A DNA stretch of 64,000 bases. Source: Lingula anatina (taxonomy: Eukaryota; Animalia; Brachiopoda). This document shows, piece by piece, positions 12,487-26,255 of this stretch. Position numbers and translations under genes: made by a program. The first letter of the stretch is position 1. Every line of letters begins with the position of its first letter. Below the pieces are notes generated by a model. The model had not been told where the DNA came from. It was given only the letters and a program-made list of their open reading frames with translations, and searched no databases. Where the stretch lies: the NCBI GenBank assembly GCA_051362555.1, contig CM120649.1, positions 4,216,001 to 4,280,000 on the forward strand. The letters are read 5' to 3'.

Positions 12487-13441
12487 TTTGTATCAGAGCA
12501 GATAATTTTTCAGTTATTAATTTGCAAGACTGATGTAAGTTATTATAAGTTCCACTTGCTCAAACTCTTCTTCCGCTCGCTAAATTTTGTTTAAAATTTA
12601 AAAAAGATGTTAAAGGGACCTAGACTCAAGTCTATAGGCCTATATTGAGAATCAGTGTAGCCTATTCTTTTATTCTTATTCCTTCAAACAAACCCTTCGG
12701 TTAACATTTTTTTATCGGATTGCAGGCTGTTACCAAATGACTTTAACTGAAGGCAGTAAAGGACCTGAAGGGCCTTTTTTCTAGCTTTCCATGCACTGCT
12801 CGCTGACTGCTTCTCTTTATTTCGAATGGCCTGGATAGGAATGAACAGGTTAATCGCGAAGGGGCGTGGGTGACTGTCAGTCTGACCCCGTCTCTTAGCA
12901 ACCGCGTGACCCAATATCCACACTTTAAGCAGCTTTAACATTAACAAATATGATCGTAAAATACAAATTTTAATTTCTGTTAATAGCTTTTTGTTTGTTT
13001 TTGTTATACTTTCTGCAGTCAAATTGCACCAGTTGTCAGTGTGGACAGAGTGAGCAAAAGTTTTTAAAAAACCACTTCTTGCGGAAGTGGATTGATGTCA
13101 TTGCCGGTCCCCTTCTTGTTGAAGTGTAAGCCCCAAAGCCCACCGGCTTGAACTATTTTCTCGATCTAAAAAAAATAGTCCAAAAAATTAGACTATCTTT
13201 TATTAAAAAAGACACACAATTAAAAAATATGATTGTTTTTATAATAATATAATACTTTTTATAGTGTTTTGATTCTACAGTTAATCATGGCAATCAGAAA
13301 TAAATGAAATGAAAAACAGATATTAGGCCTGCACATGAATATCAGTCAGACATCTTAACCGCATCACATATAGGTCTTTTACTTCCTGAAACGTGAGGTG
13401 CAGTCTGCAATTTACAGGAGAAACTATTGAAGTCTGACAAG

Positions 13442-16178
13442 ATGTCTTGGGACGCTTATACCGACCAATTGAAACAACAGGGTTGCGAACATGCTGCGAT
13501 TGTGGGATTAGACGGCAACCCGTGGACAACACAAAGTCCTAACTTTATTGTAAGTTTCATTGATTTATATAAACGACACGTTGAGGAAAGCCGGTTGAGG
13601 ATGGGTCATTAGTTTTTGGTTTAGAGTGCCTTAGTATAAAAGGACCGTTTTGGCATTGTTAATCAGGTTATTAAATAAAGAACACGAAAGTTAAAGGAGA
13701 GGTGTAAGTTAATTAGGGGCATTCTTAAGTTCATGTCTCAGTCATTCGTTGCAACTGACAGTGCGGAAGTGTTCGCACCCCACCCACTATATAACATAAT
13801 GTTTTTGATTATTTCTAATATATAAATGTACTTATTTGGGAACGAGCAAACTTATTTCGACGAATGAGAATACCAAATGGGTGTCTTGTGTCTGATTCTA
13901 GTTTTAGTAAACGGTGAGTGGATCGATTGCAATCCCTTTTGTAAAATCAGAGACATTGAATAAAGTCGACACAAGGGTGGGGGGAGAGAAATCGGAGACA
14001 AGTGGGTGAGATTTGGTGTTGTGTTGAGGTAGATCATAGATGGCATTGTTGACCAGAGATTGGTTTCATGTATGGATTGCAGGCCTGTAGCAAGCAATTT
14101 CAAAAGGGGGGTTCTTTTTTCTGAAAAAGTGGACCTTTTCCCATAAAAACTTCATGTACCTAGATCAAATTTTACTCAGAGTGGACCATTTCCCAGCAAT
14201 GTTCCAGTTCTTTGGAACCCCTGAACCCCCCCTCCCCCTGGCTACGGGCCTGGATTGTCCTCTTGGCCCAAGAAGTTAAATGCAGAGACATTTTGCCTTA
14301 AAGCCACTGCATGGGATTTTCCTGCCAAAATGAATTTTAATTTCAAGAAGATATCTCCACGCATTTGAAAACCTTTCTGCGTACTTTTTGTGCTGTACAC
14401 AAGCAAGGCAGATAAGTAGGTCAATTTGTGACCAAAAATTAGTTGTGCAGTTTCCAGGTGGTTTCATGGCTGATCAAGTGATTAATTCCGATTATCCGCT
14501 GGCATGTTAACTTAATTTGAGTTATATCAGAATATAGTAGAAGTGGTTAATCCACGCTCTAGTCAAATTTATCTTTAATAGCAAGCCACACACTACATCT
14601 CTGCCTCAACCTGCCTAGTATAGGGATAATAGGTACACATTTAAAGAATTTATTTTTTACATTTTTTCAGATAACCCAAGCGGAAGCTTTAAAAATAATT
14701 CAAGGTTATCAGGATCAAAGTAATTTTCAGGCATCTGGAATAATCTTAGGTGGTGAGAAATTTATGTTTCTTAGACTAGATGGTCAGTGTATCGCAGGGA
14801 AAAAAGGAAGTAGGCCTATAGCCATAAGGAAAATCAATACAGGTGAGTATCCCCATAGTTCTACTTTGTGGTAAACCTACCTCTTGCATTATGTTATAAC
14901 CACCTAACTTCATATAAGATGACTTCAAAGACAAGTTTCTGCTGTGCTTGTCAGCATTTGAAACTAAAAATGTATGCTCTCTTCCTCCCAATCCTGCCTT
15001 ATCTTGCTTGCTTTAATGTGAAGTTATAGGACCATGGGTCAAGGCTATCCTAAGAGAACCACTGGTCATCATTTGGAAAGCCACTGACCTCAAGACTCGC
15101 TATATTTCCAAAGAAGGCTGCATTAAGAAATACAGGGTGTCGTGGTGTCAACCCCCACCAAAAATGCTCTTTGGCTGTCTATTACTCCTATGTTTTGTTT
15201 TGATTTAGATATTTATTGACACACACTAAAGTTTAATTAGTTAAAATGAAGAAAAAAAAAAGAATAACAGAATAACGTGGCATAATAGAAATATGGTCTA
15301 AGAACAAGTTGCAGGCAGTCAGAAATGAATACAATCTTTGGAATGCCCTTCATTTCATGTACATCTGTAGCAATTCATCTATACCAGCAGCACCAACTGA
15401 TTCCCTGATGGTGTCCTCACCTCCACAAACAAGGTCCCTGCAAGGGGCCTAGCAATTCAACCTTGGAGCCAAGATTTTATCCATTTAATGGTGTTTGTGG
15501 AGGCGGGCAGCTCAGTTAGTCTGCTGATCATCAGTTCGGAATGCGCTCTTAGATCAACCCAACCCCACGGGACTCTTGCTGAATGCAATGTGATTAACAG
15601 AAAGACACTTCTCTCTTAGCAGCTAGGGTGTGATAAATTTTTTGTGTGGTTGGCTTTGGGAAGCTGATTTCACTTTGTTTTGAGTGCAACCAAAGGCTCT
15701 ATTCCCATAGATTTTAGATCGATCTATCCCCGCGGGGAGTCTCACTAGATTACTTTCAGATAATCCGACTTAAATGTCCGTCCCGCCTACTACAAGCTGT
15801 AAGAGGGTAATTAACTTTCGTGTTCGCCCGGCTGACAGCTATTTAGCGTGAACCCCCAGGGAGTTAGATTGATCTAAAGTAGGTCGATCTAATCTATGGA
15901 AATGGGGTGAAAGGCACATGGAATTGTAGTTAAGAATTTTAGTTTTAACTTGCTCGAGGTATGTTATTAACATAATCTGATTACATTCAGCAAGAGTCCC
16001 CGTGGAGTTGGATTAATCAACATACATATTGTTTCATTGGGAATGGACCCTTAGTCATACTTTATACACTGTTTTTGCAGCCCTTGTGATCGGTGTTGGG
16101 TCTGAGTCGACTCAGCCAGGAACGCTCAGAACTGCTGTAGAAAAACAAGGAGACTATTTATCTTCACTAAATTACTGA
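13442..16178 (+). CDS. PFN: Profilin, paralog A (125 aa)
   Basis: Exons 13442-13549 (MSWDAYTDQLKQQGCEHAAIVGLDGNPWTTQSPNFI), 14671-14842 (ITQAEALKIIQGYQDQSNFQASGIILGGEKFMFLRLDGQCIAGKKGSRPIAIRKINT) and 16081-16178 (ALVIGVGSESTQPGTLRTAVEKQGDYLSSLNY*). Profilin motifs MSW..Y.D, AAI.G.DG..W, G..LGG.KF..LR, GKKG and DYL...Y. Confidence 0.93.
14080..14252. mobile_element. Small MITE with CAGGCC...GGCCTG ends
   Basis: Inverted ends CAGGCCTGTAGC / GCTACGGGCCTG with a flanking GATTG direct repeat. Confidence 0.65.
15550..16051. mobile_element. Nested Tourist/Harbinger-like MITEs in profilin A intron 2
   Basis: Outer arms GGGACTCTTGCTGAATGCAAT / ATTCAGCAAGAGTCCCC...GGGAATGGACCCTTA. A related palindromic element lies inside at about 15693-15912. 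Confidence 0.6.
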
Positions 16179-16792
16179 TGCAGGTAAGAGCTCGATCCAG
16201 AGGATTCATGTACTACTTTTGCATAATTGCACAGAAGATAAAGTGAGCTTATCATTTTCAAACTATATTAATCTTTTACTTTTAATATGTGTATAAAAAA
16301 GAAAGTGGTGTATTAGTAGTATCAGTATTCAGTTTTATCTTCCAGTGTGATGATGTAGAGAAATTAGACTTTGCTTTTGAGTTGATTTTCAGAATTGACT
16401 TCTTTTAACTTATGCAGGTGTTTTGTTGTTATTGCCAAACAGTTAAAAAGAATATGTAAAGAAAGTTTGTACATGTCATGTGAAGTAATTACTTGAAAAG
16501 TTTAAGCAATTTCAATATATTTCATTTTGTAAAGATTCTCATTATCTCAACTGGCAGAGATACACACAAAGTTGCTATAGAACTTGGATAAGAAACAATA
16601 TATTGGACATCTTAATGTGACCTTGAATTTTACCTTTGATCGACTTTCCCTTGAAAATTGCACTTCTCATATTTACCAGCCCCTACTGCTCCACAATTAA
16701 AACCGATACATCCATAGCCACTGGTGCTTGAATGAGCTTAATCTTGCTGGTGGAGCAATATATAGGAGTTGGAATTGCTGCTCTGATCCTCT

Positions 16793-16832
<40 letters not shown>

Positions 16833-18214
16833 CACTTGTGGTACATTTTCAGGTGGAGTTCACCACTACCCTACACTGGGCTCTTTTCTTTCTCTAGCAC
16901 TTGTCACATTTCTCATTTTAGGTTGATTGTTTTGCCATCCAAGCTGTGACTAAACCTCGGATGTTTTGCCAGCTAGTTTGTAACATAAACAGTTCAAAAA
17001 AGGAACAAACGAAAAAGACAAAAAGAAAAAAAAAATCTGAACAAACCATGGAAGAAGCTTAAAAACTTTGCACAGTGACCAATCATGATTGCTGGAACTT
17101 ATTGAGTGGTGTTGAGAGCAAAAAGAAAAAAAATTAGGGGGGAAACATGAGGGATTCCATTAAGTAAAACTGGGCCACTTTCTGATCACACATTGTACAA
17201 GGATGTATTATAATTGTTATCATTATACATGAAGGATGACATGATTACTGTTTGCAGAAAAAAAAGGTCAATTCGACTGGTGTTTACGTTGGTAAAGGAT
17301 AGTTTACAAAAAAACATGCCTAAATATTTGAATCATTTTTAGTGTCCTTTAAGTTCTCATGAAAAATTGTTAAAGAAAAACCAACTGAATATATATTTTG
17401 TTTTTCTATTATTTTCTTCCCATTCCTTTGTGAGATACGCGATATTTAGGCATGGGTTACATATTTACCTGTATATGTATATATATATATATATTCATAT
17501 GTATAACATCTCTGCATGATTACAGTTCAGTTGCAATCCCATTCTCTTTAACAGAAACTATGCATTAATCACAATTCTTATTATGGCCACCAAGCTTTGC
17601 TTTTTGCTTGTAAGATGAACTCCTGTTTTTAAACAGCCTTAAATCTAAATTTAACGTAATGTGGAGATTCTAAGGCCTTTTGAATCTTAAAAGTATTTTA
17701 AAGCGTTAACTTTTCCTCAAGGAACAGCCGATCAGCATTGTTGCAGGATATCCTTTGCCTTAGCGATTTTTTTCCACAAGAGTCCCAGTGCCAGGGGTGC
17801 CTCCAAAAAAAAAAACCACCAGACCATGGGGAGTTTTAGAAGGGTGTTGTGTGTGTATTGTCAGCTGCAGCCACCGTCTCTTGTGGGGTTGTCAGGCGCT
17901 ACAGTTACCAAGGAACTCCCAACTCTAGTGCCTGAAGAAAGAGAGTCCAGCATATGCGACTTCTACGTAGGGGCTGGGCACTGAGAGATTTGTGCATGAG
18001 AAAGTTGAATGTGTGCTGTTTGCTGTACTTCATGCTGACGGTTGTTTGTAAGATGGACCCTTCAGTCATATTACTTCTGTAGAATAGTGTTTCCCCCCCC
18101 CCATTTCCCCCTATATTAGAGAACTGGGCCTCTTTCTGTTCCAAGTTTCAGCAGGCTGATGTGGCCGTCTCTTCTCAAGTCTTCCTCACTGACATTCCAC
18201 TAGTCCTCTGTATT

Positions 18215-18476
18215 AGGGAGCATTCCCATAAACCCATCATACTAGCTGGATCGATCCAACTCTGCCAGGATTCTCACTGTTGCATTCAGTACAAGTGGCT
18301 TACATGTCTGGCACGCCTAATCAAACTGCTAGGGGGTAATTAACGATAGTCAATTACCCCCTAGTTACGCAAAGGGGTGTGCCAGACAATTGAGCTGATT
18401 ACACTGAAAACACTAGCAAGAAGCCCTGCAGAGTTAGATCGATCAAGCTTGTCTGATAGGTTTATGGGAACGCAGT
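18215..18476. mobile_element. Tourist/Harbinger-like MITE
   Basis: AGGGAGCATTCCCATAAACC...GGTTTATGGGAACGC; palindromic along most of its length. Confidence 0.6.
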
Positions 18477-18945
18477 CTTGGTGACCATCCGAATTCTCTT
18501 CTTGTTATTAAGGTAGCACGATGAAGAGGAGATTACCACTCTTATTAATTTTAACAGTGGTGGCGTTGTTATACTGGTGTGTATTGGTGCACAGTGAGAA
18601 CATCGGAGCAACGGAAGAAGACTAAATACGCCATGAAATTATTGTTATACTTGGTTGCAACTGTCTTCCGTTGCTGCAATGCAAATGCACGCAGGAATGT
18701 GATATCATTTTACTTGGTAGTCTTATTTAGGGGCCAGAAAAAGCACAAATTCCTTCGCCTTTCATTATGGATAAGCAAGGTTGTAAGTCTCACAAATGTA
18801 GAAATCCCTTATCTGTATATGATGGCGATCAGTGAGTATGAATTAATTTCCACCATCTTTTCAATGTATTCCTGTATATTGTAATAAGAATTAAGACCAA
18901 TGAAAACGACTATTTAGTTAATTGCTGAGACCTGTCTCTCTCTCT

Positions 18946-18980
<35 letters not shown>

Positions 18981-19744
18981 CATTTACTTTTTCACTTAGA
19001 CAAGAACTTCTACAATGGAAAAATTGTGATAATGCAAGGCGGAATCTTTTGTTTAGCTTTACTACTATTAGGTCAAGTTGTAAAGACAATGAATGGTAAT
19101 GGATGATTAGAAAAGGTTAGAGTAGAAAATTCATATGTATGCCATAATTACCCCTATTGTCAGGGGTTGCCAACAGGATGTCAATCATTTTGAAGCCCCT
19201 CCCTCTGAAGTTTGGGTACTGTCAATCGCTTTTGAAGCCCTTCCCTTTGAAAGGCAAGGGTCATTAATGAAAATCACCATTATTGATTCAAAATTGAAGT
19301 GGTATGAATTAATGTGCAGTGTTTAAAGGGGTTACTCTATGCTTCCTTACATTTATTACACAGTAGTATAAACTGTTCTAACGAACGGCAATCTTTCAGC
19401 GCTTAATGTTATTCATGATGAATGAAAACTCGATGAACTGAGGTGATTGAAAACGTTTGTAACAAATTGGTGAATAAACTATTCTTAACCGGTTTAGTAC
19501 TTGTTGTGTGGTACAGTCTCTTATTTGATACGGACTACCTCTTGGATGATCCTTAAAATAAATTGATAATGATAAATTAATAAAGAAAATAAAGCAAAGA
19601 GCGAAACGAGAGAAAAACAAATTTTTCATCCGAGTACCATAAAGGCTATATTCAAGTAAAATTGACTTCGTCCACTGTTAACATTTGACGAACTATTCCA
19701 ATCAATCATTTCATAGTTGCCCGCCCCCTCTACTGCCACCCTGC

Positions 19745-19999
19745 AGGGCTCATTCCCAGTGAACGTGGTTTTACGTAGATCGACCCTACTCGCGTCGAAT
19801 GCAGTGTGTTTAACATATAAACACACCTCTTCACTTTATCATCCTTGTATTTACATAACCACCAGCTTTTCTGTAACTATTCAAAACTAGGATAGGGGCT
19901 TGTGCAGTTGTAATCTGTTAATCTTATTGCATTCAGCAAGAGTCCCCACGGAGTTTGGCCGATCTACTTAGAACGGTAGTTTCAATGGGAATGAACCCT
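19745..19999. mobile_element. Tourist/Harbinger-like MITE (~255 bp)
   Basis: AGGGCTCATTCCCAGTGAA...TTCAATGGGAATGAACCCT with long imperfect arms. Half copies at about 20640-20708 and 34400-34476. Confidence 0.65.
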
Positions 20000-21221
20000 G
20001 CGACACGAATTTTGAACCTATCAGTTCTGATGTGTCCGTGCACGAACATAACCGTAGTTTGTCCCCACAGCGACAAAAGAAACCGAGAAAATAATGGCGA
20101 ATTGCAGGAAAGGGGAGAGTCGAGAGCAGGGGTGGGTTGGGGGGGGGGGGAGGGGGTTGGGGGTTGTAGGTGACCTTTGCTCCAGGAGGAGCAGTTGGAT
20201 CAAAGCAAGTAAATAATGACGTATAAATATTAACTGGTAGTAAAATAATCGAATTTACGATTGGCAAATATCCTGAGTTAACCAGATTACCAGCAGAAAT
20301 TGACTTCTATTATCAGTTGTCAGAGCACGCCCCGAGTTGAGTTTACAGTGATATTCAGGGTCTCTACGACTCATTATGACGAGAAATGACATAACATTAA
20401 AACAATTCACGAACTACGTGGGATTAAAAAATTCATTCGGGGTGCGTTTTTCAAACCATAGCAAAAAAGTAAAACTGACATTCGAGAAGTACCGAAAAAG
20501 AAATTAAGAGCGTTAGTTTGAACTGATTCCCCTCGAAGGTAGGCCTAACCCTTCGTGTGCGTTCGGTCGCACTCAAAATGAAGTGAAAATTCAAAAAGCT
20601 TCCAAAAGCCGAGTGCACACACAAGTTATTCATCCACTAGCTGGCGAGAGTCCACTCGGAGTTGGATCGGTCTACGCAAAACGATAGTCACTTTGGGAAT
20701 GCGCCCTAAGCCTTTGCTATGACAGAGCAAGTGGCTGAGTAGACTGTTGATATTAACTGTGAAAACCTTTACAATGTCCCCTCACCTCTGTCTTTGATAG
20801 ACTGGAACTAAAACGGTTAAATTACCCCTAATTTATAAAGGTAGATAAAATATTTTATTTGGAACTATATAGAGGGATATATAATCGGTTCCGGGAAATA
20901 AACAAAACAGTCTTTGATTTCCAAAAAAGTTTTACTCCCTCTTCGGGGTTCTTCCCGTCTTTCTGACCACCAGGAATCATCTTGTATTATGTCTACGCTA
21001 TGCAATGCCTATACCCTGTATACCGGTATAATATCGAATCTCTCCTGCCCTATGATAACCACATTAAATATGGCCTGGCCTCACTCGATAAGGCAGAGGC
21101 ACGCGCCGTCATGCTTGGGCGACGCATCACTGCATGAACTCCGTCCTAGTCTCACGTGATGAGGCTTCCGTCAAACACGCTTAGCTTTTCGCGATAAAAA
21201 TAAACGCTGAAATAGCGTTAT

Positions 21222-21772
21222 CAGGCCTACCCAACTACCAGACTCGGCACCTAAAGATCCTGAATTAACCGGTATATCGGACCACACTACCCGTTTTCAA
21301 GGTGTGTGTCAGATCGCATTTCGGAGTATCAGCCAGAACACCGACAGGATGAGCCCTGGCATGCTCGGCTGTCACCTTGATTGGATAGTAAACGATTGTC
21401 GTAAAATCGCTATATGATTTTAAAACCGGGTGCATAATTTTGAAAACCACCTAGATGAACCTTAGACTGCCACATTAATCTAATACAATGCAAAAAAGCC
21501 CTATCAAAAGTGGTTAAAACATTCAAACCGAATGTCGTAAAGTCCCCATATATCCCCATAGAGACAATAAAATAGAGTACTCTAAAGTAAGAGTACAGTT
21601 TAAGGTTGTTCAGCCGAGCGTGGATGAGCCCGCAGTCGTGCTACAAAATTCGTTCTGGGGTATGATACTCCGAAATGCGATCTGACACACACCTTGAAAA
21701 CGGGTAGCGTGGTCCGATATACCGGTTAATTCAGGATCCTTAGGTGCCGAGTCTGGTAGTTGGGTAGGCCTG
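21222..21772. mobile_element. Foldback/MITE element with ~109-bp near-perfect inverted arms
   Basis: 21222-21330 is the reverse complement of 21663-21772 apart from about two substitutions; GTTAT on both flanks. Confidence 0.8.
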
Positions 21773-21883
21773 GTTATCGTTCTAGGCTGTTCATTAATAC
21801 TATATATGTCGCATATATAAAATACGGCAGGCATTTTTTTTTTCAAATGACGAGAAAGATATTTGTCTTATTACTGCTTGCCA

Positions 21884-21935
<52 letters not shown>

Positions 21936-23652
21936 GTGTGGAAAACGCACCGAGATCAAAGCTGCGTTGTGGTAGTTGTTACGGCATTGCAAATCAGACA
22001 GTAAAGCACATCTCTATTTGCCTGTTCAGTGTTTCCCTACCGTCTTGCTCTATCCTTGCTTTTCTAATTTTATTTATTTATTTATTTATTTATTTTTAAA
22101 AAGAGGAAGCGGTCGTTGAGCTTTCACCAAGAGCTCATCGTTCAGGTAGTATTCAATATGAGTGGATCGAAAAAGGCGGAGAGATCAAATGCTTGGAAGA
22201 AATATGTAATATGTGTGTGTGTGTGGGGGGGGGGGGGGGAGGAGGGAAAATAAATACATAAGGAGGGAGATGTAATTCTTTTTACATTTGCCTTTGATGC
22301 CCAAAGTAAACATTTTGCATTAGGCCCATGTAAGTACAATAATTACGTTTACGAAAGAAATTCACTTCAATCTCTAATCATGAGATCTCTGCCTTCGAAA
22401 GGAATTTCTTTAGAGAGGGAGGTGCCCTCTCTTCTCTTTTCTCTCTCTTCACATTCTTTTTACAAGCAAAACGAGACAAATATCAGAATACTGAGCAATT
22501 TCATATCCCTATAGCTTACACATCACAGAATACCGGTAAATTGTCCTCGCTCATCATTTTTCTTTTTGTCTCTTTTTCGCTAGACTTGAAAATAGGCTCA
22601 ATTTTTGTTTCCCCTGGCAAAATCCTAGAAAATTCCTGAAAGCGCTCTCAGATCCGTCAAGTCCATTATTTAGCTAGTTGTCAGTTATTTGTAGGCTATT
22701 TGCTAGTAAAACAAACTATGATCAATAATAAATCGTTTGGTCAGGCGTCAAATATTAGTGTAGGCCTAATAGTTAGGTCCAAAAGCATCGGACTTTTTAT
22801 GAAGCGCCCACATATTAGGCCTGTTTGCATTTATGCATTCAGAAAGGGCAATTTTTAAGGGGCCTGCGTTTCGCCCGACACACTGAAAGATCCACTAAAC
22901 CCATACACATTAGCAGCTCGTGTGCGCTCTTGGGAATATTGGATAAACAATTGCAACCTCAAACGATATAACGCATCTGAAGAATTTAATGCTTAGAAGA
23001 AAAGCACGTTGACACTCCCTTTTAAAAGTTTTCTTCTTCTTTTTTTTTCACTGACTGATCCAGGTCTGGCTTAAGGGGGGGGGGGGGGGGGGCGGGACAC
23101 AAAGAATGATATTTTTTTCTGAAAAGAAAAATAATAATAGGGCAATTTTACTGTAATACGTGGAAAACAGAGCTAGACGGGAAGATTTTTTTTAGTTTTG
23201 ACTCATTTCTCATTTTGCTTGTTATTTTTTTTAAATTTCCTTTTTAAATTTTATTCTTAAAAAAAAATTTATTCATTTATTCAATTTATTTTTTGAGGGG
23301 GGGGGGTTGAAGGAAGAAGTCGGGTAGGCCTACTTAATTGAGATGGAGGGTGTAACTGGCTCGCTAGAAGTGCACGTAGTCTGCTCTTAGCGCGTTCATT
23401 GATAAAGCGCCTACCAAGAAATTAAAGCCCCTAGACATGTACACGCGCAGCCGAGTCTAGGAGGAGCCATCTGGCAGACACAGTCTCTCAGTTGCTGTAC
23501 TCGGTTGCAAGCCAAGCTTCTACCTACTTCTCGTTCAAGATCACGCTATTTCTCGAGCTGCACCCGGCAAGTGAAATCAGGGCTCGGAATTTTAGCCATT
23601 TATAGACTTCCATTTTTTATTGACCAAGGACTGATCAGAACCAACCGTAATT

Positions 23653-25471
23653 ATGTCGTGGGACAGCTATCTCGACAACATACTAAGTTCAGGATGCTTT
23701 GCCAACGCAGCAATCATAGGTTTAAACGGATCTATTTATACGAAGACGCCCAACTTCAACGTAGGTTTCACTGCATGCTTCTGCCGGCTTTGCGTCTGGT
23801 TTTGACCAAATATGGACTTTTCTGTTATTATTTCTGAGGGAATATTGTTTCTTGTCAAACTGGAATCTAACCCATGGCCTTTTTGAATCTGTTTTTGTCT
23901 AAACTTAGTGCATGCATTATGATTCTACTGTCACTCGCTCCTCTCTTCTTCCAATGTACTTAAAAATTAACAGCACGTTCATGTAGATCTATGCTATTAG
24001 ATATCAAGTTTTTACCAGTAAGGCTCATTAGCGTCACCTACATCCGGTCAAATTGGCCAGACTGTAGCAGACGACGAGGTGATCAGCGAACTCTAGTTAC
24101 CACTTGGATTTTTAACCAATAATCAAAACTTTTTAAATGACAGTCATTTTGAATTTATATGAGGTCTCATATTTTATAACAAAACGATGATAAATTTCTG
24201 TAGTTTTCTTTACATGGGCCCTAATTACATTAGTCTATACCAAAAAAACTTTGGAGAAATTCCAATTAAGTAATTCTCAAAAGGCATGGGATTGCATGTT
24301 ATATCTTGAACCCTGCCAGCTGCATGGGTCAGTTGGATGGATTCACAACCGGTTGATCCCCAGACTAACTAGTCCACAGATCAAATATGGTGGGGACTTG
24401 ACAATGGATTTCCGCCATCCCAGCAGTGGGAGAGCAATTGAATCTTGGCATGCTTTTAAGTGGGTGGTGCCATATTTGATCTGTGGACTAGTTAGTCCTC
24501 GCGTAGACTGGTTCTGAATGTCCCCTGTGACATCAAGCGTAAACTACAGGATAGGGATATGCCCCCTTGAAATGTTTAGCATATTTTTTGCAGGGAAAGG
24601 TGTTCTATTAGTAAAACATATTTTAGTGTTTGTTTGTAGGATTTTTTCATTGTATCACAATTTCAGCTCTGTACAGTATTGTACACAAAAAATTAAGCCT
24701 TGTAAATGAACCAATTAAATTTTGGCCTAAATATGTTTTGAAATTAGCCCTTGGCCATCCATCTCAGTGGCTTTTATCTGTATTTAACATGGTGGCTAAG
24801 AGTAAAAATGCCTCCAGATCATGTGGTCCTTGTCTTTGTCAAAAGGTGTTATTTGTGTACCAACATGCATATTGCTACAGGTAGTTCCAATTAATAGACA
24901 TTGTAATCATTATCTCATTAGAGGATACTAGTACATGGTTCTTCTGGCTTGTGAGATTCATTAATGGTCTGGGTCCTTCATTTTTCACAAAAAATTAGAA
25001 AATTGGTCTTATATAACCTTTAAACCAATTTTAATCAATGAAATCAAATTAATTAACCAATTAAAATCTGAAAATGTCAGAACCTTCTTTAACCTAGATA
25101 TATCAGTAGTAGCCCAGTGAAATGAAATGTTTCCCCTGTTTAATGACAAAGGTATGTCTGATGTTTGAGACCAGTACTTCCTTGTACAGGTGAAAGTTGA
25201 TATTATTACTCAGTGCTTTCTGTGTGGTATGTAGTAACTTCTTCAGGTGGCCATATAGTACTGTGGTTGTTATTATTATTATTATTGTTGTTGTTGTTGT
25301 TGTTGTTGTTATAGTACTGTGGTTATTATTATTATTATTGTTGTTGTTGTTGTTGTTGTTGTTATTATTATTATTATTATTATTGTTATTATTATTATTA
25401 TTTGTTGGTGGGTCTGTGGCACAGTGGGCACAGCTGTCCTCCTTTATTTTGCTACATATACCCCTTTCTCC

Positions 25472-25512
<41 letters not shown>

Positions 25513-26210
25513 TAATTCAGTTCTGTACAGTACATACTTGTAAGTCTTAAGAAGAAAACTGAGACAAAAATACAGATTCTTCTTAATGTTATCATTGCAC
25601 CCCTCTTAATTTTTGTTCACTTTTTATTTTCTACATCGTACCATATTTAAAAGCCTTTTTGATTTCAAATAATTTTACTTGTAATTGATGTCACAAAATA
25701 GCATCAAATAAATGTTGGAAGGCATGTAATATGGAACCTAGGCTAAATGTGTCCCAAGCTGCGCTCCCTCTCTGTTGTTTCTTTACAATTTCACAATATG
25801 TTTATCAATAATTCTTGTTCACAGAAGGACCTTTTTTCTTATTTTTCTTTTTAGATTTCACCAGATGAATTAGCGACCATCTCATATTCATTATCTAGTG
25901 GGAATTTTGATTCACTTTTTGCAAATGGCCTCCATGCAAATGGTGTGAAATATGTCTTCCTACGGGGAGATGGGGAGTTTTTAATGGGGAAAAAGGGGGG
26001 CATCTTCATCAGTATACAGAAAGCTCAACAATGTAAGTATAGTACATTGAAATAGGATTTTTGTCATCTCATGTGTAAGAATTTTGAAAGAAGTATGTTA
26101 TTTCTAAACAGATTAAACGTTTTCCAATGAGGCTTCAGGGGCGGATCAGGAAGACTGGTAATTGTCTTACAGTCTTCCAAATTATCCATCCTCCATTTTT
26201 GACCGTTTTT

Positions 26211-26255
<45 letters not shown>

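Noticed and set aside
16176-16183. Possible stop-codon readthrough or selenocysteine at the profilin A TGA
   Set aside because: The stop aligns with the normal profilin C-terminus and with TAA in paralog B; no readthrough context or SECIS seen.
22860-22905. CGAAAC motif on the minus strand as a possible hammerhead
   Set aside because: No CUGANGA core or compatible stems.
25197-25543. Hydrophobic poly-L/V/I ORFs, and similar ORFs at 21760-22099, 42308-42710 and 60012-60248
   Set aside because: They are translations of microsatellites.
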